DNA of 64,000 nt from Eledone cirrhosa (lineage: Eukaryota): NCBI GenBank assembly GCA_964016885.1, contig OZ024749.1, forward strand, positions 16,430,001-16,494,000, given 5' to 3'. The position numbers and the translations under genes are program-made. A model generated the notes under the pieces. The model saw only the letters and a list, made by a program, of their open reading frames with translations, did not search any database and was not told the origin of the DNA. How positions within the stretch are numbered: the first letter of the stretch is position 1; each line of letters starts with the position of its first letter. Positions 1 through 16,747 of the stretch are shown here, in pieces.

Positions 1-76
1 GTATATATATATATATAATATATATATATACATATATATATAATATATATTTATATATATATATTGTACATTATAT

Positions 77-158
<82 letters not shown>

Positions 159-201
159 TTATATATATATATTGTACATAATATATATATATGATATATA
201 T

Positions 202-261
<60 letters not shown>

Positions 262-265
262 ACAT

Positions 266-356
<91 letters not shown>

Positions 357-381
357 ACATAATACATATTTATATATATAT

Positions 382-441
<60 letters not shown>

Positions 442-475
442 ACATAATATATTTATATATATATATATAATATAT

Positions 476-559
<84 letters not shown>

Positions 560-576
560 ACATAAAATATATTTAT

Positions 577-658
<82 letters not shown>

Positions 659-880
659 TGTACATAATATATATTTATATATATATATAATATATATATC
701 TATATATATATTGTACATAATATATATATATATATATATTGTACATAATATATATTTATATATATATATATATATATATATTGTACATAATATATATTTA
801 TATATATATATTGTACATAATATATATTTATATATATATATTGTACATAATATATATATATATAATATATATATATATAT

Positions 881-971
<91 letters not shown>

Positions 972-1009
972 TTTATATATATATATTGTACATAATATAT
1001 ATATCTATA

Positions 1010-1059
<50 letters not shown>

Positions 1060-1084
1060 ACATTATATATATATATCTATATAT

Positions 1085-1177
<93 letters not shown>

Positions 1178-1223
1178 TATATATATATTGTACATAATAT
1201 ATATTTATATATATATATTTTAC

Positions 1224-1299
<76 letters not shown>

Positions 1300-1301
1300 A
1301 C

Positions 1302-1342
<41 letters not shown>
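1..1342. repeat. (TA)n tract interrupted by a recurrent TTGTACATAA unit
   Basis: Read directly. The same TTGTACAT interruption recurs in TA tracts up to about 7600. Confidence 0.95.
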
Positions 1343-1349
<7 letters not shown>

Positions 1350-2313
1350 CAGAAGAAAGAAGAATACTGCGTGGTTTGCACACGGGTTACATATGATAAA
1401 AATAGTCCTTCGTCAGTGATTTGCCAACCATCATTGCTTTTTCATCACATTAAAAATCAGATACCTCAGGTTGGTGCGAGCAATAAGCTAAAAAAATAGT
1501 TATTGGGACCAGTAATCCCGTAAAGTGAGGGGGACAAGTGAACAACATAGAAAGATAAAAACAAACCAAAGAAAGAAAATAAACAAGCAACATGGTAGTC
1601 CTGGTCAGCATAAGCTGGGTGGATTTCATGAGCGAATAGTACAGACGTCCGACGTGAGTGAGATGTAAGCAAGAAAAGGCCCACTGTTAGCCAAGCGGGA
1701 GGAAGTGAGAAGGGGAGAAACAGAGAGTGAGTGAGTGGAAGTGCGAGGAAGCGGTCAGTCAAGAGAAAGTGTACCTGAACGAGGGGACGAAAGAAGGTGA
1801 GAGAAACAGAAAGCGGGGAAGCAGTAAGAGAGAAACAGACAAACGCAGCCGAGGTAAATATATATAAAAAACATGAGAAGAAAGAAGAATACTGCGTGGT
1901 TTACACACGGGTTATATATGATAAAAATAGTCCTTCGTCAGTGATTTGCCAACCATCATTGGTATTTCATCACATTAAAAATCAGATACCTCAGGTTGGT
2001 GCGAGCAATAAGCTAAAAAAATAGTTATTGGGACCAGTAATCCCGTAAAGTGAGGGGGTCAAGTGAACAACATAGAGGGATAAAAACAAACCAAAGAAAG
2101 GAAATAAACAAGCAACATGGTAGTCCTGGTCAGCATAAGCTGGGTGGATTTCATGAGCGAATAGTACAGACGTCCGACGTGAGTGAGATGTAAGCAAGAA
2201 AAGGCCCACTGTTAGCCAAACGGGAGGAAGTGAGAAGGGGAGAAACAGAGAGTGAGTGAGTGGAAGTGCGAGGAAGCGGTCAGTCAAGAGAGAGTGTACC
2301 TGACAGAGGGGAC
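1343..2313 (-). mobile_element. Non-coding partial-tandem repeat (about 525-bp unit, 1.9 copies) in (TA)n, PLE pLTR-like
   Basis: 1343-1790 is repeated near-identically at 1868-2313. It shares a motif (cactgaYgaaggact...tcatatgta) with the 33541-35081 element. Strand is inferred from that motif. Confidence 0.7.
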
Positions 2314-2320
2314 GATATAT

Positions 2321-2351
<31 letters not shown>

Positions 2352-2370
2352 TGTACATAATATATATTTA

Positions 2371-2401
<31 letters not shown>

Positions 2402-2404
<3 letters not shown>

Positions 2405-2875
2405 AAGTTATATTTAAAATTGTTGGGTTACAACTAGTAAATATTTATAACTGATATAAAAGCACTCGACAAATACTTGGAGTATATTTACAATATTAAA
2501 TAAATGGAAAACTATATTTATAAAACCATATTTATTTCATTATATATATTTCGGGGATATCATATTAACAATATGCTATGCCTTCATCAGACAAAATACA
2601 ATATAAACAGTTTTATAGATAAATATATTCGACATACCGTAATAAACATCAACTTCATTTGAAGAGGTTTACTCTAGCAGAGGTTTACTCTGCTAGAGTA
2701 AACCTCTTCAAATGAAGTTGATGTTTATTACGGTATGTCGAATATATTTATCTATAAAACTGTTTATATTGTATTTTGTCTGATGAAGGCATAGCATATT
2801 GTTAATATGATATCCCCGAAATATATATAATGAAATAAATATGGTTCTATAAATATAGTTTTACATTTATTTAAT

Positions 2876-2881
<6 letters not shown>
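2402..2881. mobile_element. Fold-back PLE pLTR insert with about 195-bp inverted arms
   Basis: 2489-2682 is the near-perfect reverse complement of 2688-2881. Each arm carries a hammerhead. Confidence 0.85.
2772..2837 (+). ncRNA. Type I hammerhead ribozyme (mirror copy at 2533-2598, minus strand)
   Basis: tattttgt-CTGATGA-imperfect stem II (ggcatagcatatt/aatatgatatcc)-GAAA-tatata-TA-atgaaata. Stem I is 8 bp with two GU pairs. Confidence 0.75.
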
Positions 2882-2912
<31 letters not shown>

Positions 2913-2915
<3 letters not shown>

Positions 2916-3048
2916 AACCAGTAAGACCCCGACGGCTGAGTTGAGGCCGTCGGGGTCTTACTGGTTCCTATTACCCACTCTACTACCCTAAGTATTGAGT
3001 ACTTTGGTGCGTTATGGTCCACCTGGTTCCTTACCACATTTCCTTCGT
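2913..3048 (+). mobile_element. Short fold-back insert in (TA)n; same family as 18489-18622
   Basis: 24-bp perfect hairpin aggaaccagtaagaccccgacggc/gccgtcggggtcttactggttcct, followed by a tail shared with 18545-18622. Confidence 0.75.
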
Positions 3049-3139
3049 TATATATATATATATATATATATTGTACATAATATATATTTACATATATATA
3101 TTGTACATAATATATATTTATATATATATATTGTACATA

Positions 3140-3171
<32 letters not shown>

Positions 3172-3182
3172 TATATATATAT

Positions 3183-3640
3183 AAATGAGAGGTATAGAGA
3201 TTGTTTTAGCAAGAAGCTAACGGCATTCTATAACATATATGCGACTATAACGTCAAGATGGGAAAAGTAGTTAACGAAAGATTTAGGAAAAATAACTCAA
3301 ACTCATCTCAAAAGAGAATCAGGATATAAATTCATCCACAGAATTTAGTAAAATCCAGGGAAAAATCTATAGACCTTTAACTCATGATAAAATAAAGTTT
3401 GAAACACTTATCCTTCAATTTGGAATAACATAAAAATGCTCTGTATAGTCTTAAAAGACTATTTCATGAAAACTTTCAGTGGAGATGGTCACGGTTGGAT
3501 TTCATTCATCAGCAGAGCTCAACAGAAACCAGGGCTCTCACAGTAATATAATCCGAAAAAGGGAATTCTAAAACTGGCTAGTTCGCCTTCATGTGTATTT
3601 ATGAAAAAGCACATGAGGAAAAAACGGGGCTAGTGACGTC
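3183..3640 (-). mobile_element. Non-coding PLE pLTR-type insert; second copy at 33209-33513 (+)
   Basis: 3183-3490 is the reverse complement of 33209-33513 with scattered differences. Contains a hammerhead. Confidence 0.8.
3438..3518 (-). ncRNA. Canonical type I hammerhead ribozyme
   Basis: Minus strand: gctctg-CTGATGA-atgaaa...tttcat-GAAA-tagtct(ttta)agacta-TA-cagagc. All three stems are Watson-Crick. Confidence 0.9.
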
Positions 3641-3688
3641 ATATATATATATATATATATAATATATATTTATATATATATATTGTAC

Positions 3689-3744
<56 letters not shown>

Positions 3745-3779
3745 ACATAATATATATATATATATATTATATATTGTAC

Positions 3780-3872
<93 letters not shown>

Positions 3873-3964
3873 ATAACAGTTTTAATATAGATGAGATTCA
3901 TATACTCTGCTATGTATTGAGTACCTTACTTACTGTGGTTACCTCCGATTCAACCCGGAATAAC

Positions 3965-4035
<71 letters not shown>

Positions 4036-4080
4036 ACATAATATATATCTATCTATATATATATATATATATATAATATT

Positions 4081-5114
4081 AGGGCAAATATTGATGCAAT
4101 TCAATTCAAGCACTCAACGTACTTTTTCCACATAGGAGTGACGGAGTAAATATCGAATAAGTAAAAGCGAAGTAGTTTCAGATGTTCAAGTCCTTTAATA
4201 ATAATGCTGTGATATATATTTCAATGACGACACTGGCCCCACTGTTCTGTGTGCGAGTGTCGTGACATCATCAGACAGCTTGTTACATAATAAGGTTGTT
4301 TCCGAGGCAATCCAAATTGAATCGACATGGGAACGGATGAAGTTCGTGCTTTGGGGTTTTTCATCCGTTCCCTTGTGAGCACCAATTCACACCCACCGGT
4401 CTGCGCAAGCGCATGTCCGAAGGAAGTTGACCATTAGCACCGCAGATTTCAACGAAATTCGCTGTCAGTGGTCCACCTATGCCTTGCCAAAGTTTACTGC
4501 TACCCATCGCTACTGTGGCAGTCAGCCGAAAGCCAGAGGGGATGGGATGGTGTTAGTTTTTATAGGTCATAATACTACCTTTCACTAAGCGTTGACAGTA
4601 AGACTGACCATCAACTCATAAGGGAAAATAAACTTAATTCTAGGTACTATGGTTTTACATAGTAAGTTAAGAGTGAGAGTTGGGAATAAAAATTAAAATT
4701 AAAAGTTAAAATCCTAAATGAAATATCAGAGATTATAAATTAAACAATAAAGAATTCAAAAATTCTAAATTCAAAAATTTGTTTCAAGTGATAATTCGGA
4801 TTAAGTAAAAATATAGATTGAAGTGAGTAAATAATATGGAGAGAGATGTTTAAGTAATATGTTCTGGGAGAGATTCTAGTGTTACAGATATTGAACGGCA
4901 GTGCCGTACATTATAACGGAGGGCAAACCACTGATTCCCATGTCAATTCAATTTGGATTGCCTCGGAAACAACCTTATTATGTAACAAGCTGTCTGATGA
5001 TGTCACGACACTCGCACACAGAACAGTGGGGCCAGTGTCGTCATTGAAATATATATCACAGCATTATTATTAAAGGACTTGAACATCTGAAACTACTTCG
5101 CTTTTACTTATTCT
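4081..5114. mobile_element. Head-to-head PLE pLTR insert with about 175-bp inverted arms
   Basis: 4156-4333 is the reverse complement of 4936-5113. Flanked by (TA)n on both sides. Confidence 0.85.
4989..5062 (+). ncRNA. Type I hammerhead ribozyme (mirror copy at 4206-4279, minus strand)
   Basis: gctgt-CTGATGA-tgtc-acgacact...agtgtcgt-catt-GAAA-tatata-TC-acagc. Confidence 0.88.
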
Positions 5115-5145
<31 letters not shown>

Positions 5146-5150
5146 TGTAC

Positions 5151-5240
<90 letters not shown>

Positions 5241-5242
5241 AC

Positions 5243-5280
<38 letters not shown>

Positions 5281-5340
5281 ACATTATATATATATGGTTT
5301 TACATAGTAAGTTAAGAGTGAGAGTTGGGAATAAAAATTA

Positions 5341-6147
5341 AAGTATCAACACATATATTTTTATTGTTTGACCCGAATTACTTGGTCGTTTTGTTTTGGC
5401 TGTGCGGATGATATGTTTAACCATCATCTCAGTGTGTTTGGCCCTTAACGTATGTTGTAGCTCTGATTCATATGATTCATCGAGCGCTTGCCACACATAT
5501 CGGACGTTGATTTTCGTTAATTCCTGAGCTGAAAACGATTCTCGCTAATTTATATTTGTATTAATCTCCAGAGTCTAGCTATTGAGCAGTTAATTTTATT
5601 GATTTTTTTCAGTTACTTATATTGACTGTTGAATTGCTCTGTTATATTTAACCATTCTGTCGAGAGCTTTATTCGATTTGTGATATTTTGCATTCTCGCA
5701 ATAATACACAACTGAATCATTCGCTTAATAGAGGTGTTACCTCCCTTGCTGAATCCCACGAGGGGTCAGTAATAGCCACACTATCTATAGCATCTTGGAG
5801 CAAAACCCGTTGATAACACGACTGCCTTGTTCATCATCTCACCAGAAGCCCAACATTCTTTATGTAGGCGGACAGTACCTGATTTGGAGTCGCAGACACC
5901 AATACTGGATTTTACCATCAGTCCAGGGTCCGGGAAAGTATCAACACATATATTTTTATTGTTTGACCCGAATTACTTGGTCGTTTTGTTTTGGCTGTGC
6001 GGATGATATGTTTAACCATCATCTCAGTGTGTTTGGCCCTTAACGTATGTTGTAGCTCTGATTCATATGATTCATCGAGCGCTTGCCACACATATCGGAC
6101 GTTGATTTTCGTTAATTCCTGAGCTGAAAACGATTCTCGCTAATTTA

Positions 6148-6152
<5 letters not shown>
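5341..6152 (+). mobile_element. Non-coding partial-tandem dispersed repeat (about 595-bp unit); another fragment at 15005-15170
   Basis: 5341-5557 is repeated at 5937-6152, and the same sequence occurs at 15005-15170. All copies lie in (TA)n. No hammerhead recognised; strand tentative. Confidence 0.7.
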
Positions 6153-6194
<42 letters not shown>

Positions 6195-6200
<6 letters not shown>

Positions 6201-7281
6201 GAAAACACAGGTAAGCATTAAGAGAAGGATTTAATCCAGGTATTTACGACCGTTTCATTGGTAAGTGCAACCTTATATTGCTATACTGCAAATAGCAACC
6301 ACTCAATTATAATTGTTGTTCACAGTCCAAATTTTCAAAATAGTGAGTTACTCTTGAAATAATTCTTAATATATACAGAAAAACATTTATTTGGAATTGT
6401 ATTTACTAGTATAGAGAGAGAGGAATCAGGAGGTGAGGGGACAGACGGCATAGTATAAAGAGAGAGGAAGGGGGAAGAGGTAGGAAGTAGAATGACAAAC
6501 TGAGGTGGAGGTAGGGGTAGAGTTGGAAGGATTCTTTGGTCAGTTTTGATAGCAGACATGTCGTGGAGTGTAGTGAGTTAAAGAGAATTAAATAGATAAT
6601 AGAGGGAGGGATAGATAGAGAGTGAGAGTGAGGGGGGGGGATATAAAGAGATAAATATATATATACACATATATATATATATATATACACACACATATAC
6701 ATATATATATATATACATATGTATACATATATATATATATACATACACGCACACACACACACATATATATACATATATACACATATATATATATAAAAAA
6801 ATAAAAATAAAGATAATAATGACAAAAATAAAAGCAAAGAAGGCGGTGAGAAGGAAGAAAAGAAAAGATAGCCAAGAAGGGGAAGGAAGGAAACGAAGAA
6901 ATAGAAGAGGAATGAGGGAGAAGGGGGGGGGATATGTGTATTGGTTTTGTGGGTAATTAAAGGGTCTAGATATTAGAGGGTATAAAGTCTAAGTATATGC
7001 AGTTTGTCAGTTGGTAGTAAGAGCTTAAGGGTTCGATTTGTAGTGCGAAAATTTCTCTTTGAGTCTATGGTTACAATAAATTGATCTCTCAATTTTATTG
7101 TTGAGTAACCTATTCTTCGAACTTAATGCTTACCTGTGTTTTCTTTTTTATACTTTATACTCCAAGATTGAACGGAATTCTTACAAACTTGTGGAACTAC
7201 CCCTAACCGTACGTTGAAACCATCCACGAAACTGGCTTTCTTAACCAAAAACTGGATCACAATAAGCAATTTTTTGCTTCT

Positions 7282-7287
<6 letters not shown>
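6195..7287 (-). mobile_element. PLE 3' fragment (GIY-YIG C-terminus, 3' UTR, hammerhead) with inverted pLTR piece at 7123-7287
   Basis: Minus-strand 7025-7120 translates SKNRLLNNKIERSIYCNHRLKEKFSHYKSNP*, homologous to 50581-50677. 6195-6220 is inverted at 7123-7150. Confidence 0.8.
6241..6342 (-). ncRNA. Hammerhead ribozyme, U3-A8 core variant with long stem II
   Basis: Minus strand: tatt-TTGAAAA-t-ttgg...ccaa-t-GAAA-cggtcg-TA-aata. Confidence 0.7.
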
Positions 7288-7348
<61 letters not shown>

Positions 7349-7406
7349 ACATTATATATATATATATATATATTGTACATTATATATATATATATATATA
7401 TTGTAC

Positions 7407-7462
<56 letters not shown>

Positions 7463-7673
7463 ATATATATATATAAATATATTATGTACAATATATGTAT
7501 ATATATATATATTATGTACAATATATATTTATATATATATATATTATGTACAATATATATATATATATATACTATGTACATATGCATATGTACATAATTA
7601 TATATACATATGATATATATACGTATATATATATGCATATGTACATAATTATATATATACATGATATATATAC

Positions 7674-7712
<39 letters not shown>

Positions 7713-7716
7713 TACG

Positions 7717-7795
<79 letters not shown>

Positions 7796-8364
7796 ATGAG
7801 CATGTGTGTATACATATACACAAATATATATACATACACATACATACACAAATATATACATATACGCATTTATATATGTGTGTGCGTGTCTGTCTGTGTT
7901 TACGATTGTGCTTGTGTCTGTGTTTATGTCTCGTAACATATCCGTTCGACATACAAAGATCGATAAAATATAAGTTGCAGACTATCGAATATGTACTGGT
8001 GTTGATAAGTTCGATTAAATCAAATCTCTTTAGTTCGATGACTGAAAACAGTAAAAGTGTGAAAGATTTCCACGATACAAAATAAATGAGGAAACACACA
8101 CACACTCACACACTCACACCACACACACAGATACACCACACACACACGGATACACCACACACACACACACAGATACACCACACACACACGGATACACCAC
8201 ACACACACACACAGATACACCACACACACACGGATACACCACACACACACACAGATACATCACACACACACACATGCACACATACATACATACATATGCA
8301 CACAAACATATACATACACACACACACACACAAATAATCACACCCACTCACACACATACACACA

Positions 8365-9080
8365 CGTGAGATGGACCCCCGTTGGTTGCGACGATGAATG
8401 TTCCAGTTGTTCGATCAACGAAATGTCCTGCCTGTGAAATTAAAGTGGAAGTTACTGAAACATTTCACAGGAACATAATTCTCAGGGAGATTCTGTGTGA
8501 CAATAATATGTGACATGGTTGGCCCTTTAAATTTAGATACAGATAGCCCATCTGAATGGCTTCAGGGCGATTAACTGTGTGACAGTATGTGCCAAGGCTG
8601 GCCCTTTGAATTACTGGCACAGTACAGTACATCTGAAGGGCTTCAGATAGATTCGCTATGACAGGGCTGGCCCTTTAAATTTACAGATACAGTACAGTCC
8701 ACCTGAATGGCTTCGGGGAGATTCAATCTGTGGCAGGGCTGGCCCTTTAAATTCACAGGTACAGTACATCTGAAGGGCTTTAGGAAGATTCAATGTGTGA
8801 CAGGGTTAGCCCTTTAAATTTACAGGTACAGTACATCTGAAGGGCTTCAGGGGGATTCACTGTGTGACCGGGCTGGCCCTATGAATTACAGGCACTGAAC
8901 AGTCGATCTGACGGGCTTCCAAACAGTCTCCGTCTACCCAATCCCACTCACAAGTTATAGGTTGACTCAAGGCTAAGGTAAATGATAATGGCACAAGTTT
9001 CCATGCCGTGGGGCGGGGGGGGGGATAACCAGAGTTTTAATGATTAGGAGGCGAACTCCTTTACCATTTGATCACGCTGC
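8365..9080 (-). mobile_element. Decayed SINE-type repeat with an internal 60-65-bp minisatellite (about 7 units, 8490-8920)
   Basis: Unit approximates agggctggccctttaaatttacaggtacagtacatctgaagggcttcag. 8860-8960 matches 41670-41755 in reverse complement. Resembles octopus tRNA-SINEs from memory. Confidence 0.55.
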
Positions 9081-9199
9081 AACCACTAACACACACACAC
9101 AACAATCGAAGAACTTTGATAATTATAAAGAAGAAGAATTTTCGGATTTTCTTTGTTCGTATTTTCGGCAAAAGGAAGACAAAATCTAAATTAAGATAT

Positions 9200-9410
9200 C
9201 TTAATGAACTCACCTTAATCCGGTTTAATCCAGTTTAATCCGAAAAATCGATAAAAAAAATCGATAAAGTGCGACTGTAGCTTCTCTGGCAGTATTCGAA
9301 CTCTTCACTCCGTTTTCAAAATCGAAGTTAATTTTTATAGAAAGAGAAAAATAGTTTTAAACCGCCACTTCACTTACTAAATGGCGGACTACCATATTCC
9401 TGCAGACCGT
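9200..9410 (-). promoter_or_regulatory. Candidate host promoter or first non-coding exon
   Basis: CpG-rich unique patch. Minus-strand donor AAG|GTGAGT near 9206-9214, ATCGATA twice (DRE-like), AAATGGCGG (YY1-like) near 9379, ACTACCATATTCC (ZNF143-like). Confidence 0.35.
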
Positions 9411-10850
9411 GTTGGAGATGGTGTGGTGGTGTGGGGGAGATGGTGTGGTGTGGTGGTGGTGGTGTGGTGGTGGTGTGTGGTGATGGTGGTGTGGTGGTGG
9501 TGTGTGTTGGAGATGGTGTGGTGGTGTGGGGGAGATGGTGTGGTGGTGTGTGTGTGATGGTGGTGTGTGGTGATGGTGGTGTGTGGTGGAGATGGTGTGG
9601 TGGTGGTGGTGTGGTGGTGGTGGTGTGGTGGTGGTGGTGTGTGGTGGTTTTGGTGGTGGTGGTAGAGTGTGTGGAGATTGTGTGATGTGGTGAAGTTTGT
9701 GTGATGGTTTTGGTGGTGGTGGAGTGTGTTATGGTGGTGTGTGGTGGTGTGTGTGTGATAGTGGTGGTGGTGGTGTGGTGTTATTATTGTAGTTGTTGGC
9801 GGTGGAGGCGACGTAGTAGTAGTAGTAGTGGGGCTGGGGGTGATTATGGTAATAGTGGTGGTGTTGGTGTATATATGTGTGAAACTACTGGTTGTGGTGG
9901 TGGTGGTGTGTTATGGTGTTGATGTTGGTGTTGGTGTGGTGTGGTAATAGAGATGGAGCTGGTGGTGTTATTGTTGTGGATTTGGGTGGGGGTGATAGAG
10001 TAGTGGTGGTGGTGTGTTATGGTGTTGGTGTTGGTGTTGGTGTGTGTGGTAATAAAGATGGAGCTGGTGGTGTTATTGTAGTTATTGTTGTTGATTTTGG
10101 TGGTGGTGGTGGTGGTGGTGGTGGTGGTGGTGGTGGTGGTGGTGGTGGTGGTGGTGATAGAGTAGTATTGGTGGTGGTGGTAACGGTAGTAGTATGAGTA
10201 TGGTGTATATATGTGTGAAACTGTACTGGTGGTGGTGATGGTAGTGGTGGTGTTACTGCTGTGGTTGATGGTGGTGTTGGTGATAGTATTGGTGGTGATG
10301 GTGGTGGTGGTGGTGGTGGTAGTATTTGTAGCGGTTTTGGTGAGAGTATTGCTGGTGGTGCTGCTGGTGGTGGTGATAGTGGTGGTGATAGTATTACTGG
10401 TGGTGGTGGTGGTAGTGGTGGTGGTAGAGGTGGTAGTGGGGTGCTTATTGTTGGTGCAGTTCTCTGACACTTTGTTGCTAACGGCTATTGCAATTTTTAC
10501 AATTGCACTGCACTTTTACAGTTGTTGTTGTAACTGCAGATTCCACCTGTGTTGCGTTTTTGTTTTTGTTTTTTTTTACTATTGGTTATTGTAGTTAATT
10601 CCTGTTGCTGTTGTTGCTGTTGTTGTTGTTGTTGTCACTTGTTGCTGAAATTGTTCGTTGAAGTTGTTTGTTTGTTTGTTGTTGTTGTTATTGTTGTTAC
10701 TGCAGTTGTATGTTGCTGTTGTTGTTGTGTTGCTTATATTTTTGTTGTTCTTGTTATTGTTGTTGCTTATATTTTTGTTGTTCTTGTTGTTGTTACTGCA
10801 GTTGTATGTTGCTGTTGTTGTTTATATTTTTGTTGTTCTCGTTGCTATCG
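9411..10850. repeat. (GGT)n/(GTG)n followed by (GTT)n low-complexity tract
   Basis: Read directly; contains internal duplications. Confidence 0.9.
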
Positions 10851-10982
10851 TCACTCACAGCTAGTCTTCTGTATGTCTCTCTCTCTCTCTCTACCTCCTC
10901 ACACTGTCAGCTTCTTAAATCGTGTGAAACAAAAACACACCTACCCCCACCAACACCACCACTACCACCAACACATCGCACA

Positions 10983-11035
<53 letters not shown>

Positions 11036-11166
11036 ATATATATATGTGTCTGTGTGTTTATACATTTGTATGTAAGTGTGTGTATATATATATATATACA
11101 CACACTTACAAAAACATGTATACACACACACACACACGTATATATATATCTATATACATGCATAAC

Positions 11167-11265
<99 letters not shown>

Positions 11266-11507
11266 TATATACGTTACACTTGGGCAATGATAACAAGAAG
11301 ATGAGAGAATGGATATGTAGAAGAGTGAAAGAAAGGAGGGGTGTGAGGGTGGGGAGAAGGGGTGAGGGAGTGAGTTAATGGGGGTATGAGAGGGGTGTTA
11401 ATGGTATGTTGGAGGGGGTGAATATAAAGGGGTGCTTTCCCTTCATTACCCTCCATCTTCCAACTCACCCCCCCCCCTCCCACTATATACATTGTTCTTG
11501 CAAAGTG

Positions 11508-11572
11508 CTTGGCTGACGAACTACTAACTTTACTGTAGTGTACAGTAAAGTTAGTCTAGAGTGTAGACTAAC
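11508..11572 (+). ncRNA. Truncated hammerhead-like motif (5' half only)
   Basis: CTGACGA (11513-11519) is followed by a 15-bp perfect hairpin actaactttactgta/tacagtaaagttagt. GAAA is missing, replaced by a small fold-back. Confidence 0.4.
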
Positions 11573-12041
11573 ACATACATGAGATTGTTTATATATATGT
11601 ATATATATATATATATCATATATATATATACATATCATATATATATATCATATATATATATACATATCATATATATATATACATATCATATATATATATA
11701 TATATATACAATATCATATATATATATATACATATCATATATATATATATATACATATAATATATATATATACATATCATATATATATATATATATACAT
11801 ATCATATATATATATATATCGTATATATATATATATACATATCATATATATATATATATCGTATATATATATATATACATATCATATATATATATATACA
11901 TATCATATATATATATATATATCATATATATATATATCATATATATCATATATATATATATATTATATATATATATATATCACATATATATATATATATA
12001 TCATATATATATATATATCATATATATATATATATATATAA

Positions 12042-12074
<33 letters not shown>

Positions 12075-12143
12075 CATATATATATATATCATATATATAT
12101 ATATATCATATATATATACATATCATATATATATATATATATA

Positions 12144-15484
<3,341 letters not shown>

Positions 15485-15539
15485 CATTAACAATAATTCT
15501 CTTAATAAACATCAGGATACATCCTATAAATACAATAAA

Positions 15540-16344
15540 CAACATCGAAACCGTAATAGACGAATTACTTGGTATAATGCTCCATTTAATTTACAAATTA
15601 AGGATAATATACCTAAAAAATTCTTTAATATCCTAGAGAAAAACTTTACATTTATATACTATGTTATTAACAAGGCAATTTCCTTTTAATGGACAGTTTG
15701 CCTTGTTTCTACAGTTACAACTTTTCGTGAATCCTGTATCTGACAAATACCATCACATTTTAAATAGATCAACGGTTAATTTCTCCTACTCAACAACCAA
15801 AAACATAAAACAAAATATAAGTGCCTACAATGCATATAAATGTAATAAGACCATGAGTATACCACCAGTAAATCAAACTAACCATAATATCTCCTCAGAT
15901 ACAGGATTCACGAAAAGTTGTAACTGTAGAAACAAGGCAAACTGTCCATTAAAAGGAAATTGCCTTGTTAATAACATAGTATATAAATGTAAAGTTAACA
16001 CTAAGGACTCAATTTATTCATATATAGGAGCTACCTCTAACAAATTTAAGGTAAGATTTAATACCCACAAACATAGTTTTAAAAATGCCGCACTAGCTAA
16101 TACAACATCTCTAGCTGAAATAATTAATAATTATAGAAAGAGGAATATAGATTATGACCTGACCTGGAGTGTGCTCAAAAGGGCCACCCCTTATCAAAAT
16201 AGTAGATATGAATGTAGATTATGTTCCCAAGAACTTTTTGAAATAATGAAATCTAAGGATATCCTGTTAAATAAGCGACAGGAATTAATAATATCGTGTA
16301 ATCATAAATTGAGAAAAACCTTTAAATATTATAAACCTAATTAA
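15540..16344 (+). pseudogene. PLE RT-thumb/GIY-YIG endonuclease fragment
   Basis: ORF 15661-16344 plus the upstream WYNAPF frame, which is broken by an inverted insertion. Confidence 0.85.
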
Positions 16345-16702
16345 TATACACTTTAGAAATTTAATATATAAACTGTTTTTAATTTAGTTAACCTATAATT
16401 AATATTCTACTACTGATGAACCACATCATTTTACTTTCCTTCTTACAACTATCATTTCCTAAAACTGATACCATTAAGTAAACATATATAATGCCTTAAC
16501 TTCAGGTTATGACTCTATGTTCCTTGAAATCTCTATATATTTATTATTTCTCACTAATAAATTTAATTCCCCCCCCCCCCAATAATTATATGTATATGTA
16601 ACTATGTATGTGTGTGTATATATATATATGTATGTATGTATGTATATATGTGTGTATATATATATGTGTATATATATATATATGTGTGTATATGTGTGTG
16701 TG

Positions 16703-16747
<45 letters not shown>

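Noticed and set aside
9431-11304. Thr-rich, Val/Gly-rich and Cys-rich ORFs resembling mucins or membrane proteins
   Set aside because: Trinucleotide (GGT)/(GTT) repeats open in several frames on both strands, with no splice or homology support.
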